DNA from: Escherichia phage vB_EcoM_FB
Sequence record: MT682711.1
Direction: 5' to 3' (one strand)
DNA: 64,000 nt
Both the position numbers and the translations under genes were made by a program. The notes beneath the pieces were generated by a model. That model saw nothing but the letters and a program-made list of their open reading frames with translations, had not been told where the DNA came from and did not search any database. Below, piece after piece: positions 1 to 7,567 of this stretch (position 1 is its first letter; every line of letters starts with the position of its first letter).

Positions 1-464
1 ACTTCTTTGTGCCATTGTCGATAAATCAATTCACCTTCCGGGATTTCACTAAAGGTAGCTTCACCGGTAGCAAAATGGGTAGGACACACATCAGCGTTAA
101 CAAGACCAAGAATGTGTTCAGACAAATAGCGAGGATTGTCATAATCGGGTTGTCCTGCAGTAATAAAATGTTGACCTGTTGGAATAGGTGGACGAGGAAC
201 ATCGTCGTGGTGATAACCTGGGATAGCCGGATACCAACCAGGCATCAACATATGCACACGCGAATCAAACACTACTTGGTCATTGTTCCAATCATCAGGC
301 AAGTTCATAATAAAAGAGCGCGTAATAGGGCCACCATTATTATAAGCAAATTCTAAACTACAGTTGAAGAACATCGGTTCGTTCTTGATTTTATCATTAG
401 AAATACCGCCGGCAAAACCACCTACTACACGAGCTTGACTATTAAAAGTTTTAGGACCGTTCAT
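1..464 (-). CDS. hypothetical early protein, partial (N-terminal part only; 3' end lies beyond window start)
   Basis: ATG at 462-464 (minus) preceded by GAGGA RBS; frame stays open to position 1 (first 120 nt checked codon by codon); not in ORF track because no stop in window. Confidence 0.5.
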   Translation of the reverse strand, partial: MNGPKTFNSQARVVGGFAGGISNDKIKNEPMFFNCSLEFAYNNGGPITRSFIMNLPDDWNNDQVVFDSRVHMLMPGWYPAIPGYHHDDVPRPPIPTGQHFITAGQPDYDNPRYLSEHILGLVNADVCPTHFATGEATFSEIPEGELIYRQWHKE

Positions 465-477
465 AATATTTTCCTCA

Positions 478-690
478 TTACTTTTTATTGAAAAAGTACA
501 TTTTACCTTTAGGAGATAAAGATACACGAAGCGCGTTACCGATACCAACTGAACACTTAACCAAGTCAGCAGATTTCAATTCACCAAATGCTTGACGAAG
601 GTCTGCATCACGGGTATTAACCATCAGACATTTAGCACCAGCTGCACGAACTTCGTTTAACATGTTGATTGCTTGATTAGAAAGTTTCAT
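478..690 (-). CDS. small hypothetical protein (about 70 aa)
   Basis: ORF-track frame 478..768 trimmed to the ATG with GGAG RBS lying downstream of the early promoter at 727-755. Confidence 0.5.
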   Translation of the reverse strand: MKLSNQAINMLNEVRAAGAKCLMVNTRDADLRQAFGELKSADLVKCSVGIGNALRVSLSPKGKMYFFNKK

Positions 691-726
691 TTTATTCTCC
701 ATTTCACTCTGTTGTTTTGATAGGTC

Positions 727-755
727 TATAGTATCACACCTATAGACCTTGTACA
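727..755 (-). promoter_or_regulatory. T4-type early promoter inside an inverted repeat
   Basis: minus strand reads GTGTAC-17bp-TACTAT; inverted repeat GGTCTATAG/CTATAGACC spans it; conserved leader GACCTATCAAAACA follows. Confidence 0.55.
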
Positions 756-768
756 CTGTTTTATGCAA

Positions 769-1728
769 TTATTTTTCGAAAGGACGAATTAAATGATGAT
801 TGTCTTGGAATCGCTTGATGTAATCATTTTCACCCAGAGATTTATACATATTCACTACGGCTTGATAGTTTTCCCACGCGTATTCGCGGAACCATCCGGA
901 AGTGATAGAGGTGCACACTTTCTCAAGAGCCATATAAAAACTTAACGACGGTGAAATATTGAAGTCGTTAGGAACCTGTGAACGTTCTAGGGCCAGGACA
1001 CAAGTTTCTTCGTATACGCCAGCCAGTTTAATAGCTTCAGGCAAAGCTTCAAACTTCTCACGAGAGGTCATGACTTCAGACCCATCTTTCATATAAAAGG
1101 TATATGCAGGGCGTCCAGCCAATGCCACAGCTTCATGGATAGAGTCGTGGTCCAGAGTATAAATTGTGTCATTAAAGAATGAAGATTTGTTAACGTCCAG
1201 TTTAGGATGAGAATAGCTCAACGTTTCTTTCTGACGTTGCAGCATGATTTCCTGGAGCTCTTCGTTCAGGGTTACACCTTTATTACGAAGGTATTTGATG
1301 TGGGACATAGTTTTCAAGAAGAACGGATTATTCTTCAGGAAACGATGAGAGGTTTTAATAGCCAGACAGATATCAGGAGTAGCCCAATAGAAACCTGTCA
1401 TACGATCTTTCTTAATATGATTTTCAGCATATTTCAGAAGACGATAACTTGAGGTGAAGTCTTCGTCTTGAAGCTCACCAGTGATTTCTCGTACGTTAGT
1501 CAAAGCGCGAACGATATAAGCTTCAAAATAGGTTTCTTTACCGTTGTGCATACATTTGAAAGCCTGGACATCAGGGTTGTCTACGTGTACATGGGCACCA
1601 AACATCTGTGCTTTAAAATTATTCCATGACCCCTGGTCGGCAATGAAATCCCAATCAGAATTTTCGATATACTTACTTTCAATAAGACCTGCGTTATGTA
1701 ATGCACGAGAACCGATAACTAGCATCAT
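769..1728 (-). CDS. hypothetical protein (319 aa), possible Pol-beta-superfamily nucleotidyltransferase
   Basis: ORF track; N-terminus VIGSRALHNAGLIESKYIENSDWDFIA fits a G-S...D-x-D nucleotidyltransferase signature by eye only. Confidence 0.6.
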   Translation of the reverse strand: MMLVIGSRALHNAGLIESKYIENSDWDFIADQGSWNNFKAQMFGAHVHVDNPDVQAFKCMHNGKETYFEAYIVRALTNVREITGELQDEDFTSSYRLLKYAENHIKKDRMTGFYWATPDICLAIKTSHRFLKNNPFFLKTMSHIKYLRNKGVTLNEELQEIMLQRQKETLSYSHPKLDVNKSSFFNDTIYTLDHDSIHEAVALAGRPAYTFYMKDGSEVMTSREKFEALPEAIKLAGVYEETCVLALERSQVPNDFNISPSLSFYMALEKVCTSITSGWFREYAWENYQAVVNMYKSLGENDYIKRFQDNHHLIRPFEK

Positions 1729-1749
1729 ATTATTTTCCTCAGAATTAAA

Positions 1750-1986
1750 TTAAATGTCCCAGCGGGCGCTATCATATTCATCCCATAGAGCTTCATGGGA
1801 GTTACAAACGATAGGAGCAATGACTCCGTTAATATCTTCGTTGTAAGGGCAGATAGTACAAAATGCATCTTCGAAACGAACACCGTAATCAGACTTCTTA
1901 TACGCAATGTCAAAAATCTTTTTAAACTTTTCACGAGTAATGGTTTTAGCAACAACTTCAGTACCAATACTTTCGTAATAAATCAT
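1750..1986 (-). CDS. hypothetical small protein (78 aa)
   Basis: ORF track; GAGGAG RBS upstream; preferred over overlapping low-complexity frame 1725..1967. Confidence 0.5.
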   Translation of the reverse strand: MIYYESIGTEVVAKTITREKFKKIFDIAYKKSDYGVRFEDAFCTICPYNEDINGVIAPIVCNSHEALWDEYDSARWDI

Positions 1987-1996
1987 GGTTATCTCC

Positions 1997-2197
1997 TCAG
2001 ATAGGACCGTAAAGGTATGTCCAACGTTTAACGAAAGAAACTACTTCTTCCAAGGTATCGAAGACCTCTGTAGTGCCTGGAACGCCATCGCCACTGATGG
2101 TTACTTTAATGCCATCTGAAACTTCCTGGAGGTTAATCTCCAGTTGGTTGGCTTTGGCTTCGTTCAGAACTTTGATTAATTCGTTTGCGATAGACAT
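1997..2197 (-). CDS. hypothetical small acidic protein (66 aa)
   Basis: ORF track; AGGAG RBS upstream. Confidence 0.55.
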   Translation of the reverse strand: MSIANELIKVLNEAKANQLEINLQEVSDGIKVTISGDGVPGTTEVFDTLEEVVSFVKRWTYLYGPI

Positions 2198-2261
2198 TTT
2201 TATTCTCCTGTTCTGATAACGTGATTGTCATCAGTTGATAAGAGAATAGTACCACAGTTTT

Positions 2262-2591
2262 CTAGAGTTGTACATCACTTCTGCAATATTCTAAAAATAA
2301 TTTATTGTTGTCAACTGTATCCCAACGTCGCCAAGATGGATTCCAGACCAAAGCGTTGTCACCACAATCATTGAGCTTAAAATGGTCATAGTACATAGCT
2401 ATATGTCTAGTCTCGTCACCAGAGAACCCTAGTATAGGCTCGCCGTGGGTGTGATACATATGATGGTGCATTGAGAGGTCGCATTTATAAAACATTTCAC
2501 GTTTACCGCGAATGAACAAGAATGCTTGTCCGTTCATATAAAATTCTTTATCTGTTTTTAAAAGATATTTGAATACTGAATCTTTGTGCAT
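2262..2591 (-). CDS. hypothetical His-rich protein (109 aa)
   Basis: ORF track; GGAGG RBS; HHHMYHTHGE cluster. Confidence 0.55.
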   Translation of the reverse strand: MHKDSVFKYLLKTDKEFYMNGQAFLFIRGKREMFYKCDLSMHHHMYHTHGEPILGFSGDETRHIAMYYDHFKLNDCGDNALVWNPSWRRWDTVDNNKLFLEYCRSDVQL

Positions 2592-2628
2592 AAGTCCTCC
2601 TTCACATCCGTGTGATTATTATATCCTA

Positions 2629-2853
2629 TTAACAGCTACTTGGATACCAGATTTTACCATCAGCTTGAGCAACGAAGGTACGACCAGCTTCTTCACCATA
2701 ACAAGAGCTATTCAGCCAATCTTCGAGACGAACTTCGCCGTCATAATCATCTAGCTCAACACCAAAATCCTGAGCAGAAGCCATATCTTTTACTTTCTTA
2801 TACAGTGCAGCCAGTTCAAGAGCAGCTTTTTCTAATTCATTAATATCAGACAT
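2629..2853 (-). CDS. small acidic protein, paralog 1 of a 4-member tandem family (74 aa)
   Basis: ORF-track frame 2629..3003 trimmed to the ATG at 2853 (Met51, AGGAAA RBS) because the upstream part overlaps the next paralog; C-terminus ...GKIWYPSSC. Confidence 0.6.
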   Translation of the reverse strand: MSDINELEKAALELAALYKKVKDMASAQDFGVELDDYDGEVRLEDWLNSSCYGEEAGRTFVAQADGKIWYPSSC

Positions 2854-2863
2854 TTTTATTTCC

Positions 2864-3076
2864 TTAGCAAGACATAGAAGAAGTAAACCAGAAACCATCG
2901 CCATCTGGGATACCGTAATCATCACGGACCCATTCGTAATCATCATATTCCGGATTCTTTGGAGAAATGTATTGTCCACGACCGGAAACATGGAACTCTT
3001 CACCTGTTTCGTCAGCCACGGACTGGCCTTTACGTACTAATTCGTGGATTTGTTTTTCAATTTCATCAATAGTCAT
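2864..3076 (-). CDS. small acidic protein, paralog 2 (70 aa)
   Basis: ORF track; RBS AAGGTAA; C-terminus GFWFTSSMSC. Confidence 0.65.
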   Translation of the reverse strand: MTIDEIEKQIHELVRKGQSVADETGEEFHVSGRGQYISPKNPEYDDYEWVRDDYGIPDGDGFWFTSSMSC

Positions 3077-3085
3077 TTTATTACC

Positions 3086-3367
3086 TTAACATTCAGAAGA
3101 AGAGGACACCCATCCACCTTTTTCAAGGTCTGTGGTGTAGTCGTGGGTGTTAACGATAGCGTATTGAGGCTCACCGTATTCTTCCCAGTGGGCAAGGTCA
3201 GCTTTCAAGGCGCCAGGAGAATAATAGTCACCGCCCATACCGCGAGCAGGGTATATATTAAAATGAGTCTCATATTTGTTTGCAATTTCCTCGGCGTGGC
3301 GAATAGCCTTATGGATGTCATTTACTGCGTTGGCCAGTTCTTTATTTTTACTGTAATCATTCATCAT
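3086..3367 (-). CDS. small acidic protein, paralog 3 (93 aa)
   Basis: ORF track; RBS AAGGAAA; C-terminus GGWVSSSSEC. Confidence 0.65.
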   Translation of the reverse strand: MMNDYSKNKELANAVNDIHKAIRHAEEIANKYETHFNIYPARGMGGDYYSPGALKADLAHWEEYGEPQYAIVNTHDYTTDLEKGGWVSSSSEC

Positions 3368-3376
3368 AACGTTTCC

Positions 3377-3667
3377 TTAGCACAATGCCGAAGAGGAGAC
3401 CCAAGCACCAACTGTAACGACGCCGTTTTCAACTTCACCGCCGTTGTTTTCAATTTCATCTTTAAACCACTGGGAGCATTCATAGCCGATAGGGTAATAT
3501 GTACGACCTGAACCATAATCGCCCGTACCGAATTGAATACCATACTTATCAGCAATTACTTCACATTCATGTTCGATGGTATCCACTTTATTCAGAAGAG
3601 CATAGATAGCTTTTTCTGCAGATTTCTCGTCGTTGTGTTCTGGGATTTCAATTTCAATTTTATTCAT
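3377..3667 (-). CDS. small acidic protein, paralog 4 (96 aa)
   Basis: ORF track; RBS AGGAAT; C-terminus GAWVSSSALC. Confidence 0.65.
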   Translation of the reverse strand: MNKIEIEIPEHNDEKSAEKAIYALLNKVDTIEHECEVIADKYGIQFGTGDYGSGRTYYPIGYECSQWFKDEIENNGGEVENGVVTVGAWVSSSALC

Positions 3668-4017
3668 GATTTACATTCCTTAATAAAGGTTTCAAGGTCA
3701 TTACATTTGGTTTGTTTTACATACTCATTATACTTAGCCATAGCTAAAGCATAACTCTTTTTACGTGGCTTGTTTAATTTATTAGTTTGGACAACATCAA
3801 AGACTAATGGGATAAAGTATCCTACTAAAGATGGAACCCAAATCCACGCAAGACTCATATCTTCAAACGGATGACGAGGCATACCATTAATAATCCCGCC
3901 AACAAGGAATCCTATTATTCCTGCAATCATACTAGTAGCAATGCCGAGGAATAAGGAAATAGAGATATCGTAATCTTCTAATGCATAACCTGGATCGGTT
4001 TTACTAGGCTTATACAT
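3664..4017 (-). CDS. hypothetical membrane protein (two hydrophobic segments)
   Basis: ORF-track frame 3664..4035 trimmed to second ATG (4017), which has an AAGAGG RBS; hydrophobic stretches IATSMIAGIIGFLVGGII and IWVPSLVGYFIPLVF. Confidence 0.55.
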   Translation of the reverse strand: MYKPSKTDPGYALEDYDISISLFLGIATSMIAGIIGFLVGGIINGMPRHPFEDMSLAWIWVPSLVGYFIPLVFDVVQTNKLNKPRKKSYALAMAKYNEYVKQTKCNDLETFIKECKS

Positions 4018-4546
4018 TTTGAACCTCTTTAGCATATTCGCGGCATTCTTTAATAAAACGATTAAGCTTGCGTTGCTGTTTACGACTTTCTAACGTGTAT
4101 TCGTCGGCCAAAACAATAAGCTCGTCTTTATCGTAATTTTTAATATCAGAGTAAGATGGACGACGGTCGACCATACCAAAATGGTCACCATTTTCTAACA
4201 TCAAATAACATACTAAATGATAATCATCATCTGCATTAGTAAGCTGCTTATAATCACTCGGTTCGTTTAAAGCATATACCGAATATCTTACTCCGGCGAA
4301 TTCCACTCGTTGAATAGCCAGATTTACGTCAATAATTTCTAAAGCTTCTGCAAAAGAAAGGTCTTCAGCTAAAGCAAAGATAAAGGGTAATTTAGTAGTA
4401 TAGCCACGGTTATTTGTTCTGCTTAAGAAATCGTTAGAATAACCTAGGTCCTGGCGAATTCTATAAAGAACCGCATTAGTTTCATGGGAAAGACCACTAT
4501 GCTTAAACCAATCAACATTTGATATCAGGTCATCATATAAACCCAT
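4010..4546 (-). CDS. hypothetical protein (178 aa)
   Basis: ORF-track frame 4010..4651 trimmed to ATG at 4546 (GAGAGGAG RBS); the longer N-terminus would run through the hairpin at 4569-4586. Confidence 0.55.
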   Translation of the reverse strand: MGLYDDLISNVDWFKHSGLSHETNAVLYRIRQDLGYSNDFLSRTNNRGYTTKLPFIFALAEDLSFAEALEIIDVNLAIQRVEFAGVRYSVYALNEPSDYKQLTNADDDYHLVCYLMLENGDHFGMVDRRPSYSDIKNYDKDELIVLADEYTLESRKQQRKLNRFIKECREYAKEVQNV

Positions 4547-4595
4547 AATATTCTCCTCTCCTCCAAATGGGGAGACCGAAGTCTCCCGGGTAACA

Positions 4596-5189
4596 TTACT
4601 TAAGTGAATTGATGTAGTCGTCGATATCAGCAGAAGTCGTATCCATTCCAACTTGTGGGCCTTTAAACGTTTCTACACGCATCAAGGTATCTTCAATATC
4701 AATCTTAGTCAGTGCAGCGATTTCAACAACATCATCGGCAGTAGCAATACCAAGGGCAGCCATATTACGAGTTTCACGGATATACTCGAGCTTAACGGCT
4801 AGTTCCTGACGAGAGTCATCAAGTTCCTTGACCTTAAGCTTAATTTCATTACGCATTTCAACATAATCATCAGCTTTCTTACGAAGTTGAGTAGCCGTAC
4901 GACGATAAAGGAGGCCCAGTTTAGCATGCACCTGAACATCGGCGCCTTCTTTAATCAGCTTACGAATTTCACGTTCTTTAGAACTAGCCAGTTGGTCCTT
5001 TTCATTAGCGAGTTCACGAATACGTTTTTCTTCATTCACAGACTTAACATGGGCAGTCTGGAGCTCAGTGATTTTATCAATCAGAGTAGAAGCAGCTTTA
5101 GTATACTGGTCTTCGATTGACAGGTTCTGAGCCATTGCGGTACCCAGTTTAGAACGGATGAATTCAACGATTTTCTTTAAAGTGTTCAT
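4596..5189 (-). CDS. hypothetical coiled-coil protein (197 aa)
   Basis: ORF track; charged heptad-like helices; downstream of the early promoter at 5232-5261. Confidence 0.6.
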   Translation of the reverse strand: MNTLKKIVEFIRSKLGTAMAQNLSIEDQYTKAASTLIDKITELQTAHVKSVNEEKRIRELANEKDQLASSKEREIRKLIKEGADVQVHAKLGLLYRRTATQLRKKADDYVEMRNEIKLKVKELDDSRQELAVKLEYIRETRNMAALGIATADDVVEIAALTKIDIEDTLMRVETFKGPQVGMDTTSADIDDYINSLK

Positions 5190-5231
5190 AGTATTTCCTT
5201 CAGTTGGTTAAGATTTATAATCCATGAGGAC

Positions 5232-5261
5232 ATTATACCCTGTCCTCTGAGGTTTGTAAAC
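5232..5261 (-). promoter_or_regulatory. T4-type early promoter with -10 in a hairpin loop
   Basis: minus strand GTTTAC-18bp-TATAAT; inverted repeat GAGGACA/TGTCCTC flanks the -10. Confidence 0.5.
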
Positions 5262-5264
5262 ATT

Positions 5265-5663
5265 TTATTTCATTTTTGCGAGGCAAATTTCATTGGCTTC
5301 CCATTGAGCTTGCTTAATAATAGCTTTGGATACAGGAGCCCTTTGGCCATAAGTTTTTGACGTTGAGAGAACAATACATTTGTTTGCCTCATTATGCCAG
5401 CCCCGTGATTTTTCGCCATGAGTACCTTTAACTACAGCTGACACCTCAACAGAGCAACCACCATCAGAAATCTTGGTTTCGACAATCCATTCATTTCTTT
5501 CGACAGCTTCAAGTTCTAATCTAGTTTTTTCTTCATACATGGCGGCCCAATCAGTTTTTGCCAGGTTGAAAGTGAGAGCTTTCTCCAATTCTTTGGCAGC
5601 TTTTTGTTGTTCAGGCGTTAATGAATTGTACAACTCTTGCATTTCTTTATCTTCGATATTCAT
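5265..5663 (-). CDS. hypothetical protein (132 aa)
   Basis: ORF track; GAGGAG RBS. Confidence 0.6.
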   Translation of the reverse strand: MNIEDKEMQELYNSLTPEQQKAAKELEKALTFNLAKTDWAAMYEEKTRLELEAVERNEWIVETKISDGGCSVEVSAVVKGTHGEKSRGWHNEANKCIVLSTSKTYGQRAPVSKAIIKQAQWEANEICLAKMK

Positions 5664-5688
5664 TATGTTCTCCTCAAATTATGGGCTC

Positions 5689-5718
5689 ATAATATCTTAA
5701 TCATGAGCCCATGTAAAC
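5689..5718 (-). promoter_or_regulatory. T4-type early promoter inside a 10-bp inverted repeat
   Basis: minus strand GTTTAC-18bp-TATTAT; inverted repeat ATGGGCTCAT/ATGAGCCCAT. Confidence 0.5.
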
Positions 5719-5720
5719 AA

Positions 5721-5984
5721 TTATTTCATATTATTGAAATAATCTTCCGCATCAAAATCGTTATCATGATAAACTTTGGTAGACGATTTAGCATAACCTT
5801 CAGCTGAGAACATATTAACCACAACCTTAATTGTATACCATTGTCCGTCTTCATTACCCATTACAGCATACGTTTCATATACCGGATGTTCAGGACCGAT
5901 AACCTTAATATCGTTAACAGTAGCACCAAATTCTTCAGGAACGCATTTCATAAAGAAATTAAACAATTCACCGTAATTATCCAT
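5721..5984 (-). CDS. hypothetical protein (87 aa)
   Basis: ORF-track frame 5721..5999 trimmed to ATG at 5984 with GGAGAG RBS in the conserved leader. Confidence 0.55.
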   Translation of the reverse strand: MDNYGELFNFFMKCVPEEFGATVNDIKVIGPEHPVYETYAVMGNEDGQWYTIKVVVNMFSAEGYAKSSTKVYHDNDFDAEDYFNNMK

Positions 5985-6019
5985 TTTACTCTCCTTCACT
6001 CTGTTGTTTTGATAGGTCT

Positions 6020-6048
6020 ATAGTATCATGTTTAAAGGAGGTGTAAAC
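6020..6048 (-). promoter_or_regulatory. T4-type early promoter with conserved leader
   Basis: minus strand GTTTAC-17bp-TACTAT followed by AGACCTATCAAAACAACAGAGTGAA. Confidence 0.55.
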
Positions 6049-6070
6049 ATCTTTTTAAACTTTTTAGAAA

Positions 6071-6099
6071 CAAAAAAGGCCCAACCTTTCGGAAGGGCC
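6071..6099 (-). terminator. rho-independent terminator (minus-strand sense)
   Basis: hairpin GGCCC..GGGCC followed on the minus strand by TTTTTTG; exact copy at 51253-51281. Confidence 0.55.
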
Positions 6100-6156
6100 T
6101 TTAACCTAGGGTAACCTTGTCGGGGTTTCACCTGCTAGGCAAGTGTTTGTACGATA

Positions 6157-6240
6157 CGCCGGGATTCGAACCCGGTTATTAAGTAGTTGACGCTACTTAA
6201 TATTTTAAAAGGCCATATCTCGACCATATCCGAACGTTCC
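6157..6240 (-). ncRNA. tRNA-like or small stable RNA candidate
   Basis: canonical T-arm CCGGG-TTCGAAT-CCCGG on minus strand preceded by a 6-bp hairpin; no matching acceptor or anticodon arm found. Confidence 0.3.
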
Positions 6241-6409
6241 GTCAAAAACGCTACTCGGCTTACGGCAAAGATATTTCCTCGAATCGATAATTCTGTGCGC
6301 CGTTTAAGCTGTGATATAAGGGGTCATTAACAAAACATAAAGATTTATTAATGTCGGTCCTTAAACAGGGAACTTCAGTCCGACGACTTACCGGTAGCGA
6401 CCCGGTTTC

Positions 6410-6760
6410 TTAATATTCTTTTAAAGAATCAATATATTCACGGCGTTTACGCCACAAATCAATTGCTTCATACGCGGATTCAGCATTTCGAATTAGCCGG
6501 CATTTATGTAAAGACTTATGATTTTGATATTGTGTAGATAACGGAATTGTATCTAAAAGGTCTTTACGATCAAAATATTCGTAACCATCTAAACCAAATG
6601 AACGATTTTTGAGAAATTGCCAATGACCATATTCGTTTTCGACATAAACATAATCTGCATGCTGATAAAGCAAATTAATTACACGTTCAGAAATAACAGT
6701 ATCATTATGATTAAAATAGAATGTTAAATCATGAACTACTAAATAAACATTACCTTTCAT
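6410..6760 (-). CDS. hypothetical protein (116 aa) inside the tRNA cluster
   Basis: ORF track; GAGGA RBS 16 nt downstream of the tRNA-Arg 3' end. Confidence 0.5.
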   Translation of the reverse strand: MKGNVYLVVHDLTFYFNHNDTVISERVINLLYQHADYVYVENEYGHWQFLKNRSFGLDGYEYFDRKDLLDTIPLSTQYQNHKSLHKCRLIRNAESAYEAIDLWRKRREYIDSLKEY

Positions 6761-6778
6761 ATTTTCCTCACTTATAAT

Positions 6779-6854
6779 TGGTCGAGGCAGTAGGGATCGA
6801 ACCTACGACCTAGGACTTAGAAGGTCCTTGCTCTTCCTTCTGAGCTATGCCCCG
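6779..6854 (-). tRNA. tRNA-Arg (anticodon TCT)
   Basis: hand-folded cloverleaf: acceptor CGGGGCA/TGCCTCG, D-stem GCTC/GAGC, anticodon stem AGGAC/GTCCT with loop CTTCTAA, T-arm GTAGG-TTCGATC-CCTAC, encoded CCA. Confidence 0.85.
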
Positions 6855-6857
6855 TAA

Positions 6858-7526
6858 TTAAAATTTCATTTTTCGACCTTTAAACCATCCTTCTGGAATT
6901 GGGTCAGTTTTCTTAATACGTTTAGAAACTTTTTCATCTAATGAATGAATCCACATCATACCAAATTGGGAATTCTTTTCGCCCTGTTGATGTTTATTTC
7001 TGGCGTGAGATTCTTTCATTTTATTAATAGTTTCAGGAGTATGATGCTTATTTAAAAATCTGCTATTATTTAAAAATTTTTCCCTGTATTCAGGAGTTGA
7101 CCACAAGCGTTTAAATACATTTGAACCATGTTTACGATATTTTTCTTGAAGTAAAATATCACTTTTAAAACGTGACTTAAACGATTTAGCTCCTTTTAAA
7201 CTAGCGTCTTTCTTCTGGTTTAGCATCCCAGGAATATTTATATGGTCCCAACCACCTTCACCACCTAATTTCAAATTATAAACATCAGGGCGCTTTAAAA
7301 ACTCTTCAGTCACAATATTCTTTTCTGACTCAAACATAGAGGTTTTATCGTCAAAGAACTCTCTAATATTTCTTTAGAAAAATTTTCTATACCATACTTA
7401 TCTTGGGCTCTTTTTAATAATTTACCAGAACCCATATATCCATCATCTAAATTTTCGGTAGAATGAGCGCCTATATAGATTTTTATTATTAATTTTATTT
7501 GTTATTTTATAAATGTAATGGAACAT
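6858..7526 (-). pseudogene. GIY-YIG homing endonuclease disrupted by two frameshifts
   Basis: three frames together rebuild a protein collinear with the intact paralog at 12737-13249 ([15 protein letters not shown] / [26 protein letters not shown]... / ...NLKLGGEGG...); AGGAG RBS before the first ATG. Confidence 0.6.
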
Positions 7527-7567
7527 AAATATCTCCTATTTCTAAGAGTATTTATGTTCCCAAAATA

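Noticed and set aside
9-356. Plus-strand 115-aa ORF at the window start
   Set aside because: Lies antisense to a minus-strand gene with an RBS-linked ATG at 464 and an open frame to the window edge; the plus-strand product is low-complexity
1725-1967. 80-aa minus-strand ORF overlapping 1750-1986 in another frame
   Set aside because: Leu/Lys-rich low-complexity product; the alternative frame has a GAGGAG RBS and protein-like composition
2854-3003. N-terminal extension of the 2629..3003 ORF
   Set aside because: Overlaps the paralog at 2864-3076 in another frame; the ATG at 2853 has its own RBS and yields a protein matching the paralog family
6157-6240. Canonical tRNA (possibly type II Leu/Ser) at the T-arm-bearing element
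   Set aside because: No complementary 5' acceptor strand for CGTATCG and no 7-nt anticodon loop could be found; reported only as a tRNA-like element
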